64,000 bases of DNA from Patescibacteria group bacterium (GCA_049322655.1 JBMORP010000002.1:107714-171713), one strand, 5' to 3'; positions 19,887-29,498 are shown, counted from the stretch's first letter. Numbers and translations are program-made. The notes: generated from the letters alone by a model not told the origin.

Positions 19887-20117
19887 TTATTCAACAATCT
19901 CGACTCTAACAAAAACCCCGTCCCTGGCTGCTTTGACTTGAACAAGTTTTCTGACGGCTTTGATGACTTTACCACCTTTACCAATAATTCGACCCATATC
20001 ATCTGGATGAACTGTCACTAAAATCTTTAAACCTTCGGCCGTTTCTTCTTCAGTTACTTTTAAATCATCTGGATGATCAATCAATCTTACTAACAGATAT
20101 TCAACAAAGTTTTTCAT
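19887..20117 (-). CDS. KH-domain RNA-binding protein (YlqC/KhpA family)
   Basis: 76 aa with GRIIGKGGKVIKAVR, the KH GxxG loop. Lies downstream of rpsP as in many bacteria. Confidence 0.7.
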   Translation of the reverse strand: MKNFVEYLLVRLIDHPDDLKVTEEETAEGLKILVTVHPDDMGRIIGKGGKVIKAVRKLVQVKAARDGVFVRVEIVE

Positions 20118-20143
20118 GATTTCCTTTAACTGAAACTAATAAT

Positions 20144-20554
20144 TTATTCAGTTTTTTCTGCAGAAGTTGGAGCAGCTGGTTGTTCCTCAACAATAGCTGC
20201 TTCTACAGGAGTTTCAACTGCTGAATCTTGAGCAGCTGCATCAATTTGTTTGGCAGCAGCTTCTTGTTTGGCTTTAGCTTTACGAGAAAATTGAGCTTTT
20301 TTGACTGGAAAAGGATTACCAGATTCAAAACGAGCGAATAGGCCAGCTACTGTTTCAGTAGGTTGAGCTCCTTTTTTTAACCAAGCTTTATATTCTTCAA
20401 CATTAAAATCCAAGACTTTTGGATTTTCTGTTGGTACATAACGACCAATTTGAGCTACATAGCTACCATCTCTTTTATCTCTAGCTTCATTAACCACAAT
20501 CCGATAATGAGGATGTTGTCTTTTACCAAAACGAGCTAATTTAATTTTCAACAT
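20144..20554 (-). CDS. rpsP: 30S ribosomal protein S16, with a C-terminal Ala/Glu-rich extension
   Basis: MLKIKLARFGKRQHPHYRIVV. Confidence 0.85.
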   Translation of the reverse strand: MLKIKLARFGKRQHPHYRIVVNEARDKRDGSYVAQIGRYVPTENPKVLDFNVEEYKAWLKKGAQPTETVAGLFARFESGNPFPVKKAQFSRKAKAKQEAAAKQIDAAAQDSAVETPVEAAIVEEQPAAPTSAEKTE

Positions 20555-20737
20555 ATTATTTTTAATTTCTTTTAATTTTTAATAAATACTACTAGCCTCT
20601 ACCTAACTTGAGAACAAAACGAGCACTTGTCCTCAAAGATCATAGGGGAGAATTGTACCCTCTTTAGTCAAAATTCTCAAGAAGGAGTAACAAACTTAAA
20701 ATAAGTCATTTAGTAATCAAATTATTTCAAGTAAATC

Positions 20738-21403
20738 TTAAACGTCAAAACGTTCTAAAGCCTGGCTGGCTGCCTCTTGTTGAGCCAATTGCTTGCTTTT
20801 ACCAGTGCCTTTACCAACTACCTGATTATTAACCTTAACCTCAACGGTGAAGGTCTTGTCATGATCTGGACCTTGTTCAGCAATTACATCATAAACCGGA
20901 GTGGGCAAACCTTTTGCCTGGACAACTTCTTGTAACAAACTCTTACTATCACGGTAAAGTCTTTTTGATTTTATCTCGGCAAACTTGGGGAATAACTGCT
21001 CAGCCAAAAACTGTTTAACAGCTTTAAAACCTTGATCTAAATATAAAGCTCCGATCACAGCTTCAAAAACATCAGCCAATAAACCATCATTTTCCCTGCC
21101 TCCAGTAGCTTCTTCACCTTTACTCATAAACATTTTCTCACCCAGTTTCAACTCCCGAGCAACCTGAGCAAGAGTTGTGGTTTTAACCAAAGAACTTCGA
21201 TAAGAAGTCAGTACGCCCTCTGGTTCATCGGGAAATTGCTCAAACAAGAACTCAGTAGTAACTAATTCCAAGACGGCATCACCCAAAAACTCAAGCCTTT
21301 CATAGGACTCAGTGGCGGTTGTTCCAGAGTTTACTTCATTAAGTGAACTACGATGAGAAAGTGCAGTAATTAATAATTGCTGGTTGTTAAATTCGGGTAA
21401 CAT
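20738..21403 (-). CDS. rnc: ribonuclease III
   Basis: ERLEFLGDAVLELV signature. C-terminal dsRBD. Confidence 0.9.
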   Translation of the reverse strand: MLPEFNNQQLLITALSHRSSLNEVNSGTTATESYERLEFLGDAVLELVTTEFLFEQFPDEPEGVLTSYRSSLVKTTTLAQVARELKLGEKMFMSKGEEATGGRENDGLLADVFEAVIGALYLDQGFKAVKQFLAEQLFPKFAEIKSKRLYRDSKSLLQEVVQAKGLPTPVYDVIAEQGPDHDKTFTVEVKVNNQVVGKGTGKSKQLAQQEAASQALERFDV

Positions 21404-21408
21404 AAAAA

Positions 21409-21672
21409 CTAGCCCAATTCTACTTCTTCCTCTACCAATTTGGCTAACTGTTCAACTGTATCTTCGGATTCCTCTAACTCATCTAGCACGGTCATCATAT
21501 CTAATTCAATCTCAAAGTCTTGATTAATGACAGCTAACAAACGAGGAAAGTCTTCTTCCATATTAATCCCCAAATCAGCCTCTAAATGTGAGCCAGGCAA
21601 AATCTCAGCTGGACTATGACCAGTTGCCAAAGCCAATAATTCTTGCAGTTGATTAAAAATATCTTTATTCAT
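21409..21672 (-). CDS. acyl carrier protein-like, degenerate (the phosphopantetheine-attachment Ser is replaced)
   Basis: Aligns to AcpP helix II ([27 protein letters not shown] vs [25 protein letters not shown]), with DSL changed to NME. Sits in the conserved position before rnc. Confidence 0.5.
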   Translation of the reverse strand: MNKDIFNQLQELLALATGHSPAEILPGSHLEADLGINMEEDFPRLLAVINQDFEIELDMMTVLDELEESEDTVEQLAKLVEEEVELG

Positions 21673-22051
21673 TTTTTTCTTCCTCCATCAGGATTTTACC
21701 TAACACCCCATTCACAAATTTGGGCGAACTATCTGAGCCATATTCTTTGGCTAATTCAACCGCTTCGTCAATAAGAACTTTTTTGGGTGTACTTTTGGTT
21801 TGAGATTCAAAAATCACCACCCGCATAATAGCTAAATCAACTTGGTTAATTTCATTTAATGGTCTTTCTGGAGCATACTGAACTACCAGTTTATCTAAAT
21901 CTGGTGATTGGTTAATGATTTGTCTAGCTTCATCGAGATAAGCTAATTGAGTAATATCTTGGTCTGCTTCTCCAGAAAACATCAATGCAAAGACTGTTTG
22001 CATTAATTGAGCTCTTTTTTCATGACGTGGATCAATATTGTGTTCTGACAT
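21665..22051 (-). CDS. nusB: transcription antitermination factor NusB
   Basis: [14 protein letters not shown]...[14 protein letters not shown]...FVNGVLGKI. Confidence 0.7.
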   Translation of the reverse strand: MSEHNIDPRHEKRAQLMQTVFALMFSGEADQDITQLAYLDEARQIINQSPDLDKLVVQYAPERPLNEINQVDLAIMRVVIFESQTKSTPKKVLIDEAVELAKEYGSDSSPKFVNGVLGKILMEEEKNE

Positions 22052-22173
22052 AAAAAATCATTTTCTAAAACCAAAAATAAGCTCTCTATCTGAGAGAATT
22101 AATTATGGTTAGAGTAGGGGACAATTTTCTAAAAAGCAAGCAGGAATTAAGCCTCTTAAATAAAGACTAATCT

Positions 22174-22338
22174 TTACTTTTTATCTCCAGAAATAACCTT
22201 TAGAAAACCAGCCATTAAGCCTTGTTTGTGCATGGGGGTTTTACTAATTTTGGCGTCTTTTTTCAAGCTTGGAGTGTTACCGGCTCTTCTTTTGCCGCGC
22301 TCAACTCGAGTGATTTTGTTCTTTGGTACTGCTCCCAT
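22174..22338 (-). CDS. rpmF: 50S ribosomal protein L32 (54 aa, Cys-less type), not in the ORF track
   Basis: MGAVPKNKITRVERGKRRAGNTPSL matches the L32 N-terminal AVPKxKxSxxRxxxRR pattern. Confidence 0.55.
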   Translation of the reverse strand: MGAVPKNKITRVERGKRRAGNTPSLKKDAKISKTPMHKQGLMAGFLKVISGDKK

Positions 22339-22526
22339 AGTTTCTTTCTTAGAATAATTCTTGCATTACTATTGAAACAATCATTTTAACCTCTGGTAAT
22401 AAAAAAAGCAAGCCAATGAAAATTATTTTACAAGGATGTAGTTTGAGAATAACTAAAATAAGGAATGCTAGAGTAAAAAAGCCAAGACTCTAATCCTATA
22501 TTTTAGATACAAGGGATGATAAAAGC

Positions 22527-22555
22527 TTGCAAAAATCGAAATCATTATTTATAAT
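22527..22555 (+). promoter_or_regulatory. sigma70-type promoter TTGCAA-17-TATAAT
   Basis: Near-consensus hexamers with a 17-nt spacer. Predicted TSS about 22562. Confidence 0.45.
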
Positions 22556-22568
22556 AATCTTTTAGGCT

Positions 22569-22598
22569 CTGATCTAGATAGATATAGATCAGTTTTTT
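22569..22598 (+). terminator. promoter-proximal intrinsic terminator/attenuator hairpin (or palindromic operator)
   Basis: CTGATCTA-gatagata-TAGATCAG followed by TTTTTT. About 7 nt downstream of the predicted TSS and 37 nt upstream of the 22635 ORF. Confidence 0.4.
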
Positions 22599-22634
22599 AG
22601 CAGTTAATTTATATATAGAAAAAACTCAAACAAT

Positions 22635-24530
22635 ATGCCTAAAAAAAACTTTGATAACTCACAATTTTCTCGTAATAAAGATTTTGATAAACGCTGGAGA
22701 CAAGAAGGTCTAGAAAGACTGGATGTTTCTTTTGCTCAAATCCAAAGCTTAGCCACTGCTGGTTGGCAAGAACTCCAGAACCAACTTTGGAAGATAGAAG
22801 CTGTGCTGCAACCAGCAGATATGGAGTTTGCTAATGCGGTTGTGACTGGTTCTATTGGGCAAAATGAATATCAAAAAAGAATGGCTGGCTTTGCCCCAGA
22901 ACGCAAAAATCTCCTTGTTTATTTACTATTAATTCTGTTTACTATGTCATTTTTGATCAGTTGTGCTGCTCCTCCAGACGCAACACCAACCGATGTGATT
23001 GCTCCACCCACTGCTACCGCCTATGTAGAAAAACCACCTGCTGATAACCCCCCAGCTATAGAATCGACTGCTACTGCTTTTGCTGACCTAGATATTGACT
23101 ATGGTAGCTTTACTGGTTTTGAGCCAATCGTTGATCCAGTTCTCGAAGATGCCTGGCAAGAAATCATCGATAGTGAGGTAGCCTCACCACTAGGTATTGA
23201 TGTTATTGATGTTTCTTCAACTAATATTTTAGTCAAAGTTAAACCAGGCAATGGCTATGACAACGATACTTACTTCACTATCTCTAATATTCCTGGCCAT
23301 GAAGGAGAGGTCTTAACTGTTTCTCTGGCCGGTGTTAATCGAGTGGCTGGTGGAACTGCAGTCAGGCTAGCTATCGGCATTAATGGTTTACCGGTTGGTT
23401 TAGATATCGATAACAACGTAGTAGGTTATATTGATGAAACTGGACAGTGGGTAGCTGGCTCACTCGAGCTAGCTCCAAGTTTGCCAGGTACTCCAGCTGA
23501 ACCAGAACCAACCCCTGCAGAAGTTGATTACTTTGACATGACTCCAGAAGAGAGATTGGAGCAATCGCTGGGATTTGTGGAACAAGCTAATGGTTATAGT
23601 GGGGAAGTTAGTTTTGTGGCAGATGACTGGGCAGATAGGGGAACCACTGCTCCATTTTGGTGGGCTCCATCTCTAGGAGAGTGGAAAACCACCTCCGAAT
23701 TTACTACTGGAACTGGTGGTGTTGATGAAAATCTTTTGGACCGAAATGGCGAAACTTTGCCACCAGTAGCAGCAGCTGGTTATGAAAATAATGATGGCAG
23801 CTTAGTACTAATTCACCCAGAAACAGGAGCTGAAATCGTTTTTCCAGCAACGGTGACTGTCCCAGGTATTGGAGTGATATCAATCAGAGATTTAATGAAT
23901 ATGAGTTTGGATGATCTAAATAATCTTGCTGTTAATACTAGTGAAACCATCATTGGCAACCCAGAAGAAAGAATTTATCAAATGCAAGAAGTGATGAGAG
24001 TTAAAGGAACATCATATCCTGGATTTGCAATTGGATTTGATAACCTATTTCCAATTACTAGTGCAGCTGGCGATGAAATTCCAGAAAGAAAAGGCTCAAT
24101 CACTGAGGTCAGAAATCATGTAATTGCTGTTCCAATTTTTAGTCCAGAAACTGGTGACTTCATGCTCTGGGCAATTATTCAGAAAGGTTCTTTAGCCTCA
24201 AATGCTGAATTCAGAACCAATGGTGATCAATTCAGTTATAGTACAGTGCCATTCACAGATGGTCTTTTTGGACAAAACGGCAATAATTTTGGTATCTTTA
24301 TGGAATATTCTTCGCCAGAGCAACCTAGTTTGGCATATGCCAGAGGTGGATTTGAACAAGTTGTTGGACCAACTAATGATCCTGCAGCAGTAGATACTGG
24401 AATGGGTGATATCTATACAATTCAACGACTTCTTGAAGCCAGAACTGACGAAGAAGTTTTATCAATTCTTGCTGAACAAGGCATTATCTGGTCAATCCCT
24501 TCAGCCACTGTATTTGAAGTTAGTCAGTAA
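22635..24530 (+). CDS. hypothetical secreted protein/lipoprotein. An internal ATG at 22881 would give a lipobox (LISC) signal peptide.
   Basis: Hydrophobic segment LLVYLLLILFTMSFLISCAAPP about 85 aa into the ORF. No recognisable domain. First gene of the plus-strand operon that ends in a pilin gene. Confidence 0.5.
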   Translation: MPKKNFDNSQFSRNKDFDKRWRQEGLERLDVSFAQIQSLATAGWQELQNQLWKIEAVLQPADMEFANAVVTGSIGQNEYQKRMAGFAPERKNLLVYLLLILFTMSFLISCAAPPDATPTDVIAPPTATAYVEKPPADNPPAIESTATAFADLDIDYGSFTGFEPIVDPVLEDAWQEIIDSEVASPLGIDVIDVSSTNILVKVKPGNGYDNDTYFTISNIPGHEGEVLTVSLAGVNRVAGGTAVRLAIGINGLPVGLDIDNNVVGYIDETGQWVAGSLELAPSLPGTPAEPEPTPAEVDYFDMTPEERLEQSLGFVEQANGYSGEVSFVADDWADRGTTAPFWWAPSLGEWKTTSEFTTGTGGVDENLLDRNGETLPPVAAAGYENNDGSLVLIHPETGAEIVFPATVTVPGIGVISIRDLMNMSLDDLNNLAVNTSETIIGNPEERIYQMQEVMRVKGTSYPGFAIGFDNLFPITSAAGDEIPERKGSITEVRNHVIAVPIFSPETGDFMLWAIIQKGSLASNAEFRTNGDQFSYSTVPFTDGLFGQNGNNFGIFMEYSSPEQPSLAYARGGFEQVVGPTNDPAAVDTGMGDIYTIQRLLEARTDEEVLSILAEQGIIWSIPSATVFEVSQ

Positions 24531-24566
24531 TCATTCTCTTGCAAGCATATCTAATTTATTGCTAGA

Positions 24567-25244
24567 ATGAGTTTGGTGTCTGATTATAAACCTGAATATC
24601 AAATGAACTTAGGCAACTCTTTGAATAATAAAAAGGAGATTGTTTTTTTTGCCGTTTCTCTAATTTTTTTTATTGCAATTTTAGGTGTTTATATTTTCTT
24701 CTTCCTAAATAGAAACTCACATCAGTTAAAATTTGTAGATGAGCCAAGACCAGATACAGAATTCTATAAAATAGATCCAGAAACAAAAGAAATTACTAAA
24801 GCAGAAGAAGAACCCATTGAAGTAGTCATTACTGACTTAGAATTAGATGAAGATATCGGTGGTTTTAGACCAGAAGGAATAATTCTCAAAGGATATTTTG
24901 ATAGTTTAGATCAAAATTCTGAGGTTCTAAAGTTTAAAAACAGATTCTCAACGATAAGCGACAACCTTCAGTTACTAAGCCTAAATATTAGTAAGATTAA
25001 AGACTTTTATTGTTGGCCAGCTAAAATGGCTAACAGTGATGTGGATATCAGAAATGTAGAAATTGGTTTGTCCTCGCCAAGCTCTGTTGTTTATCATCCA
25101 GAGGAAAAATTGATTAATTTTGATGAAATAAATAAACTTGATATGAAAGATGCTTTTTTGATTATGCAGTTAGATAGCGAGTATGATTTTGACAAAACTA
25201 ATTTTGTCAAAAAGCTCATAGTAATTGACTGTAAAAATCTATGA
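24567..25244 (+). CDS. hypothetical single-pass membrane protein
   Basis: N-terminal TM helix (IVFFAVSLIFFIAILGVYIFFFL). The stop overlaps the next start (ATGA). Confidence 0.45.
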   Translation: MSLVSDYKPEYQMNLGNSLNNKKEIVFFAVSLIFFIAILGVYIFFFLNRNSHQLKFVDEPRPDTEFYKIDPETKEITKAEEEPIEVVITDLELDEDIGGFRPEGIILKGYFDSLDQNSEVLKFKNRFSTISDNLQLLSLNISKIKDFYCWPAKMANSDVDIRNVEIGLSSPSSVVYHPEEKLINFDEINKLDMKDAFLIMQLDSEYDFDKTNFVKKLIVIDCKNL

Positions 25245-27118
25245 AAAAATATTTAAAGATTCTGATTAGTTTCATAATAACAACTACTTTGTTATGGTCA
25301 GCTTTTTTTTTGTCACAACATTTACTAAAAACAATACCAATAGCCAATGCTAATGAGTGCTCTAGCGCTAATTGTGGTGGAGGAAAATGCCCAGGAGGTT
25401 GTCCTGGGTTAGTCCAAAATATTCCATATGGTGGCTGTTTTAAAACCGATAATGCCGGAAGATTAACTTGCTACGATACTTCTAGTCCATCCGTACCCAC
25501 TGGGTCTTGTGATTCTAATGAAAGCGATACAGTTCCTTGTCCAGAAGATTGTCCTGACCCATGTGCTTGTGATCCTTTAGTTGATTCTTACTGCACTTGC
25601 GACCCAGATCATGACAATGCTGGTTGCAATCTAGTGAATGGCTTTAGCGGAGTGTGTTTTGATGATGGTAGTAATGGTGGCTGTATTAATGGACAATGGT
25701 GTACCACTGTTAATGATGGCTCAGAATGTTATGAAACTTATGTGGATGTTTACTGCTGTGACGCGCCCGCACCAACCTCACCGCCAGCTGATCCCAACCC
25801 AACGTCGCCACCACCTCCAGGAGCCACTACTGCTCCTACTGCCACCCCCACCCCAATTAGACAGTTCCAAGGTAATTTCTATGAAGATGCGAGTGCTACT
25901 GTCAGTGGGCTAGGAGGTACTGATAATCTCTGTACTGGCTCAACGGCCAATCCAGTTTTTATCACTACCGATGCACCTGGTTCTACGGTGAGAGCAACTA
26001 GAACAGGAGAAACAGCCAATGGCACTTTGATTGCTGAAAGCTATGTTACCTACGTTAGCACGACTAATTCTGACTACACGGTAGCTTTACAACTCCCATT
26101 CCCACCTCCCGATCCTAATAATGCCTGGCAATGTGCCTGTAACTCTGACCCAGGAGATCCTTATCGCTGTTTATACACCAATCAACAACCTTCTAACCTA
26201 GTTGATGTTAACTTTTTCCTAAAAAGAGCCAATGTCGCTGAAACAGCCTGGTTCCAAACTCTAGGTGGTAGCTCTTGGGCAGCTAACAGCATTGAATCGA
26301 TTATTCCTGCTTCAACTTGTGCACCACCTAGCTGTACTCCAGCCTTGATCGCTAGTGATCCCAATGGCACCGCTGATAGTGCCGGTTTCCCTCTTACTCA
26401 AAATGGTTCGATCATTACTAGTGTGACTGGCGGAACTTATATCCATGAAACTGATTCTAGAACTACGGCTGCTCAAGGCCAGGCTACCGGCGTAACTGTT
26501 CCCACAGAAAACTATGACTACTTTTATGACAAGCTAGATGACCAAGTCCAAGTACTATCAAGTTCTGACAAACCAATTGTCGGCACAGAATTAGCAGTTT
26601 TTAAATATACTGGTAACTTGACTATCGATCAAACCAGTCCTTGGAATTTGGCTAACACTGAAAAAATCGTTGTTTTTGTCGATGGTGATTTAACCATTGA
26701 TGACACGGTGGCTGGTGAAAACCGCTTAATTACTGTTGCCAAAGGAGGAAATGCTTTCTTGATGTTTGTGGCTAGTGGTGATATTACCGTCACGGCTAAT
26801 GTTGGTTACAGTGATATCTTTACTGACCCAACTCAAGCCAACATTAGTAACATTGAAGGGGTCTTTGTCGCCAATGGAGTTCTGACTATCGATGGTCAAG
26901 CCAGCACAACTGACAGAAAATTCATTGGGGCTGGCACATTTGTAGGGTGGGGTGGAGTTAACTTGAATCGTGATTTTGATGATGGGACTAATCCCGCCCT
27001 CAATGACAATGCTGCTACCGAGACATTTATCTTCAGACCAGATCTCTTGGTTAATGCTCCCAAGCCAATTAAATCAGCGCAAATGACCTGGAGAGAAGTA
27101 GAACCTAGCTTCCAGTAA
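25241..27118 (+). CDS. large secreted protein: signal peptide, then a Cys-rich region (more than 25 Cys), a Pro/Thr linker and a conserved ~420-aa domain shared with the next gene
   Basis: N-terminal TM/signal peptide. CSSANCGGGKCPGGCPG...CCDAP, then PAPTSPPADPNPTSPPPPGATTAPTATPTP. C-terminal domain motifs PFPPPDPNNAWQCACN, FIGAGTFVGWGGVNL, FIFRPDLLVN. Confidence 0.6.
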   Translation: MKKYLKILISFIITTTLLWSAFFLSQHLLKTIPIANANECSSANCGGGKCPGGCPGLVQNIPYGGCFKTDNAGRLTCYDTSSPSVPTGSCDSNESDTVPCPEDCPDPCACDPLVDSYCTCDPDHDNAGCNLVNGFSGVCFDDGSNGGCINGQWCTTVNDGSECYETYVDVYCCDAPAPTSPPADPNPTSPPPPGATTAPTATPTPIRQFQGNFYEDASATVSGLGGTDNLCTGSTANPVFITTDAPGSTVRATRTGETANGTLIAESYVTYVSTTNSDYTVALQLPFPPPDPNNAWQCACNSDPGDPYRCLYTNQQPSNLVDVNFFLKRANVAETAWFQTLGGSSWAANSIESIIPASTCAPPSCTPALIASDPNGTADSAGFPLTQNGSIITSVTGGTYIHETDSRTTAAQGQATGVTVPTENYDYFYDKLDDQVQVLSSSDKPIVGTELAVFKYTGNLTIDQTSPWNLANTEKIVVFVDGDLTIDDTVAGENRLITVAKGGNAFLMFVASGDITVTANVGYSDIFTDPTQANISNIEGVFVANGVLTIDGQASTTDRKFIGAGTFVGWGGVNLNRDFDDGTNPALNDNAATETFIFRPDLLVNAPKPIKSAQMTWREVEPSFQ

Positions 27119-27124
27119 AAATAT

Positions 27125-28453
27125 ATGCTGAAAATCATCTTGTTACTGAGTTTTTTCTTCAGCTCATTTTCCGTAGTCAAAGCCGGAACTTTTGCCGGTC
27201 AACTGTACGAAGATCCTAATGCCATGCCAATGGGGTTGGGTGGCTCAGATAATAAATGTGATGGCAGCTTGGCAACTGAAGTCTCTGGGGCTGGTTTTAA
27301 AGTTAAATCTACCAGATCAGGTGAAACCGATCATGGTTTCTTCATGGGTGCTACCTACAATATTACCACTGGCACCTCTAATCCTGATTATACCGTTATT
27401 CTAGACTTACCTTATCCACCACCGGACCCAGCCAACGCCTGGCAATGTGCCTGTAACGCCAATCCCTTGGACCCCTACCAATGTGTTTATACTAACCAAG
27501 ATCCCACCACTTTGGAGTCGCTTAATTTTTTTATCAAAAGAGCCAATGCCAATAACAATGCTTGGTGGCAAGTCTTGGGTGGCAATATTTTTTCTAAACA
27601 AAACATCCAGAGTTATATTCCAAACTCTGATCTACCAGGCTATTGTAATAATACTCCTGGCTGTACTCCAGCCCTCATTGATATGAATCCTAGCTTTACT
27701 TTGGAAAGTCCTGGTTTTGCTTTTACTCTAGATGGTTCAATCATGACCTACCAAAATCCAGCGTCAGTTTTCTTACATACCAACGACAGTAGAAGCAGTG
27801 CCTTACAAGCCACCGCTCTTTCAGCCGATATTCCAGAAGAAAATTATGCCTTTTTCTTTAAAAAAGTTGCTGATAAGGTTGTTCCTTTACCCAGCTCACA
27901 AAAACCAGTACCTAGCCAAAATCCCGGTATCTATCTTCATGAAGGTGATCTAACCATTAATGAGCTAAACTCCTGGCAAGTAACTAACACTGAACAAATC
28001 ATTGTTTTTATTAATGGCAGTTTATTTATTGATGATACTAGCGCTAGTGAACAAAAAATCATTACGGTTGAAGCTGGTGGATCTGGTTTTTTGGCTTTTT
28101 TTGTCAAAAACAACATTGTGATTTCACCTAACGTTGGTTATTCAGATATTTACACTAATCCTCACGATCCAAATGTGGCTTTAGTAGAAGGCGTCTATCT
28201 GGCAGATAAAATCATTAGTGTCGAAGGAGTAACAGAAGTTCAAGATAAAAAATTTATTGGTGCTGGTTCTTTTGTGGGGTGGGGTGGCATTAAGTTGAGC
28301 CGAAGTTTTGCTGTGCCAGGGAATAACTCACTTAATAACCAAAGTCCTGCAGAAGTGTTTATTTTCCGCCCAGATTTTTTGGTTAACACTCCCAAAGAAA
28401 TTAAATCCGCTCACTTTTACCTTAGAGAACTTCAACCAAAAACTATACAATGA
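27125..28453 (+). CDS. secreted paralog of the preceding gene (shared ~420-aa domain only)
   Basis: Signal peptide MLKIILLLSFFFSSFSVVKA. Collinear with the 25241 domain: PYPPPDPANAWQCACN, FIGAGSFVGWGGIKL, FIFRPDFLVN. Confidence 0.6.
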   Translation: MLKIILLLSFFFSSFSVVKAGTFAGQLYEDPNAMPMGLGGSDNKCDGSLATEVSGAGFKVKSTRSGETDHGFFMGATYNITTGTSNPDYTVILDLPYPPPDPANAWQCACNANPLDPYQCVYTNQDPTTLESLNFFIKRANANNNAWWQVLGGNIFSKQNIQSYIPNSDLPGYCNNTPGCTPALIDMNPSFTLESPGFAFTLDGSIMTYQNPASVFLHTNDSRSSALQATALSADIPEENYAFFFKKVADKVVPLPSSQKPVPSQNPGIYLHEGDLTINELNSWQVTNTEQIIVFINGSLFIDDTSASEQKIITVEAGGSGFLAFFVKNNIVISPNVGYSDIYTNPHDPNVALVEGVYLADKIISVEGVTEVQDKKFIGAGSFVGWGGIKLSRSFAVPGNNSLNNQSPAEVFIFRPDFLVNTPKEIKSAHFYLRELQPKTIQ

Positions 28454-29016
28454 AAACTGTGCTAAAGAATCTGTTCAAACAAACAGCGGGCTTCACTCTT
28501 TTAGAATTACTGATTGTGGCTGGCCTATCAGTGTTGGTCATGCTGACTGTCACCACTATGTTTCTAACTTTTATTATTACTTCTAAAAAATCAAACCTGA
28601 AACAAAAAGTTCATAATGAAGGTCAAGTTGCGTTGAGTAAAATCGAGTTTATTTTGCGAAACTCACAGAGATTAGTGGCAGGCTTAGATGGAGCAACTAT
28701 CTGCAATAATGACCCAGATACACCCATGAGTAATATCGCCGTTCAAGGCTTAGATGGTTATGTCACCACTCTGCAAAGCTATCCTCTTGAGGATGGTCAA
28801 TTAGCCTCATACTCAACGGCTATTAATGACTACTATTATCTAACCTCAGAAGAAACAACTTTATCTAATCTCAGGTTCATTTGTTTAACAGGTGGAGAAG
28901 AGAATACTTACTACGTAAGCACCTCCTTTGACCTTAAAATCGGCTCTGGATCAACCAATGATAAAGAGACAGCTGTAGAAAGCTTCCAAACCGGAATCAC
29001 TCTAAGAAACAACTAA
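28450..29016 (+). CDS. type IV prepilin-like protein (minor pilin/pseudopilin)
   Basis: Class III signal ...TAG|FTLLELLIV with Glu at +5. Start overlaps the upstream stop (ATGA). Confidence 0.7.
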   Translation: MKTVLKNLFKQTAGFTLLELLIVAGLSVLVMLTVTTMFLTFIITSKKSNLKQKVHNEGQVALSKIEFILRNSQRLVAGLDGATICNNDPDTPMSNIAVQGLDGYVTTLQSYPLEDGQLASYSTAINDYYYLTSEETTLSNLRFICLTGGEENTYYVSTSFDLKIGSGSTNDKETAVESFQTGITLRNN

Positions 29017-29498
29017 TCCCAACGACGAAAAACTTGAATTATTTCGACATCTTTGACGTTATCATTAGTGGTCCAAGACATGGTCATCACCACTCTCACT
29101 TGAGGATTATTTGGGTCTGTCTCATCCACCGTCACGGTTGCCTCCCTGATAAACTCTTGACCAGAGATCACAATCGTATCATCGCTTCCACAAGCACCAC
29201 TAGTAAACGCTCCAAATGGAGCCGGTAAATCCTTAAAACAATAAACAGGATTACCCCGGAAAGTATTAATAAATGCTTCCCAACCTAATAAAGTTCTTTC
29301 TCGACGAAAAATCTCCATCGCTTCTTGAGCTCGCTTGACTGCCTGAGATCGGTATTCAGATTCTGCATTGGTTTTCAGTGACAGAGTTAACCCAGCCACA
29401 ATAGTAGTTAAAACCAAAGCCATCACCCCAGTTGCGACAATAATTTCAATTAAGCTTGAGCCTTTTTGACTAAAAAACTTTTTTAGCCTCATAGCCAT
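29013..29498 (-). CDS. type IV prepilin-like minor pilin
   Basis: KG|SSLIEIIVATGVMALVL, a prepilin-type N-terminus with Glu at +5. Confidence 0.6.
   Translation of the reverse strand: MAMRLKKFFSQKGSSLIEIIVATGVMALVLTTIVAGLTLSLKTNAESEYRSQAVKRAQEAMEIFRRERTLLGWEAFINTFRGNPVYCFKDLPAPFGAFTSGACGSDDTIVISGQEFIREATVTVDETDPNNPQVRVVMTMSWTTNDNVKDVEIIQVFRRWD

Noticed and set aside
20555-20737. Possible structured leader or ribosomal-protein operator between rnc and rpsP (long-range CTTGAGAA/TTCTCAAG complementarity)
   Set aside because: A single pair of 8-mers with no further covariation evidence. This may simply be an rpsP promoter or UTR.
25638-25913. 91-aa ORF rich in Met/Pro/Leu
   Set aside because: It is an alternate frame within the Cys/Pro-rich region of the 25241 gene.
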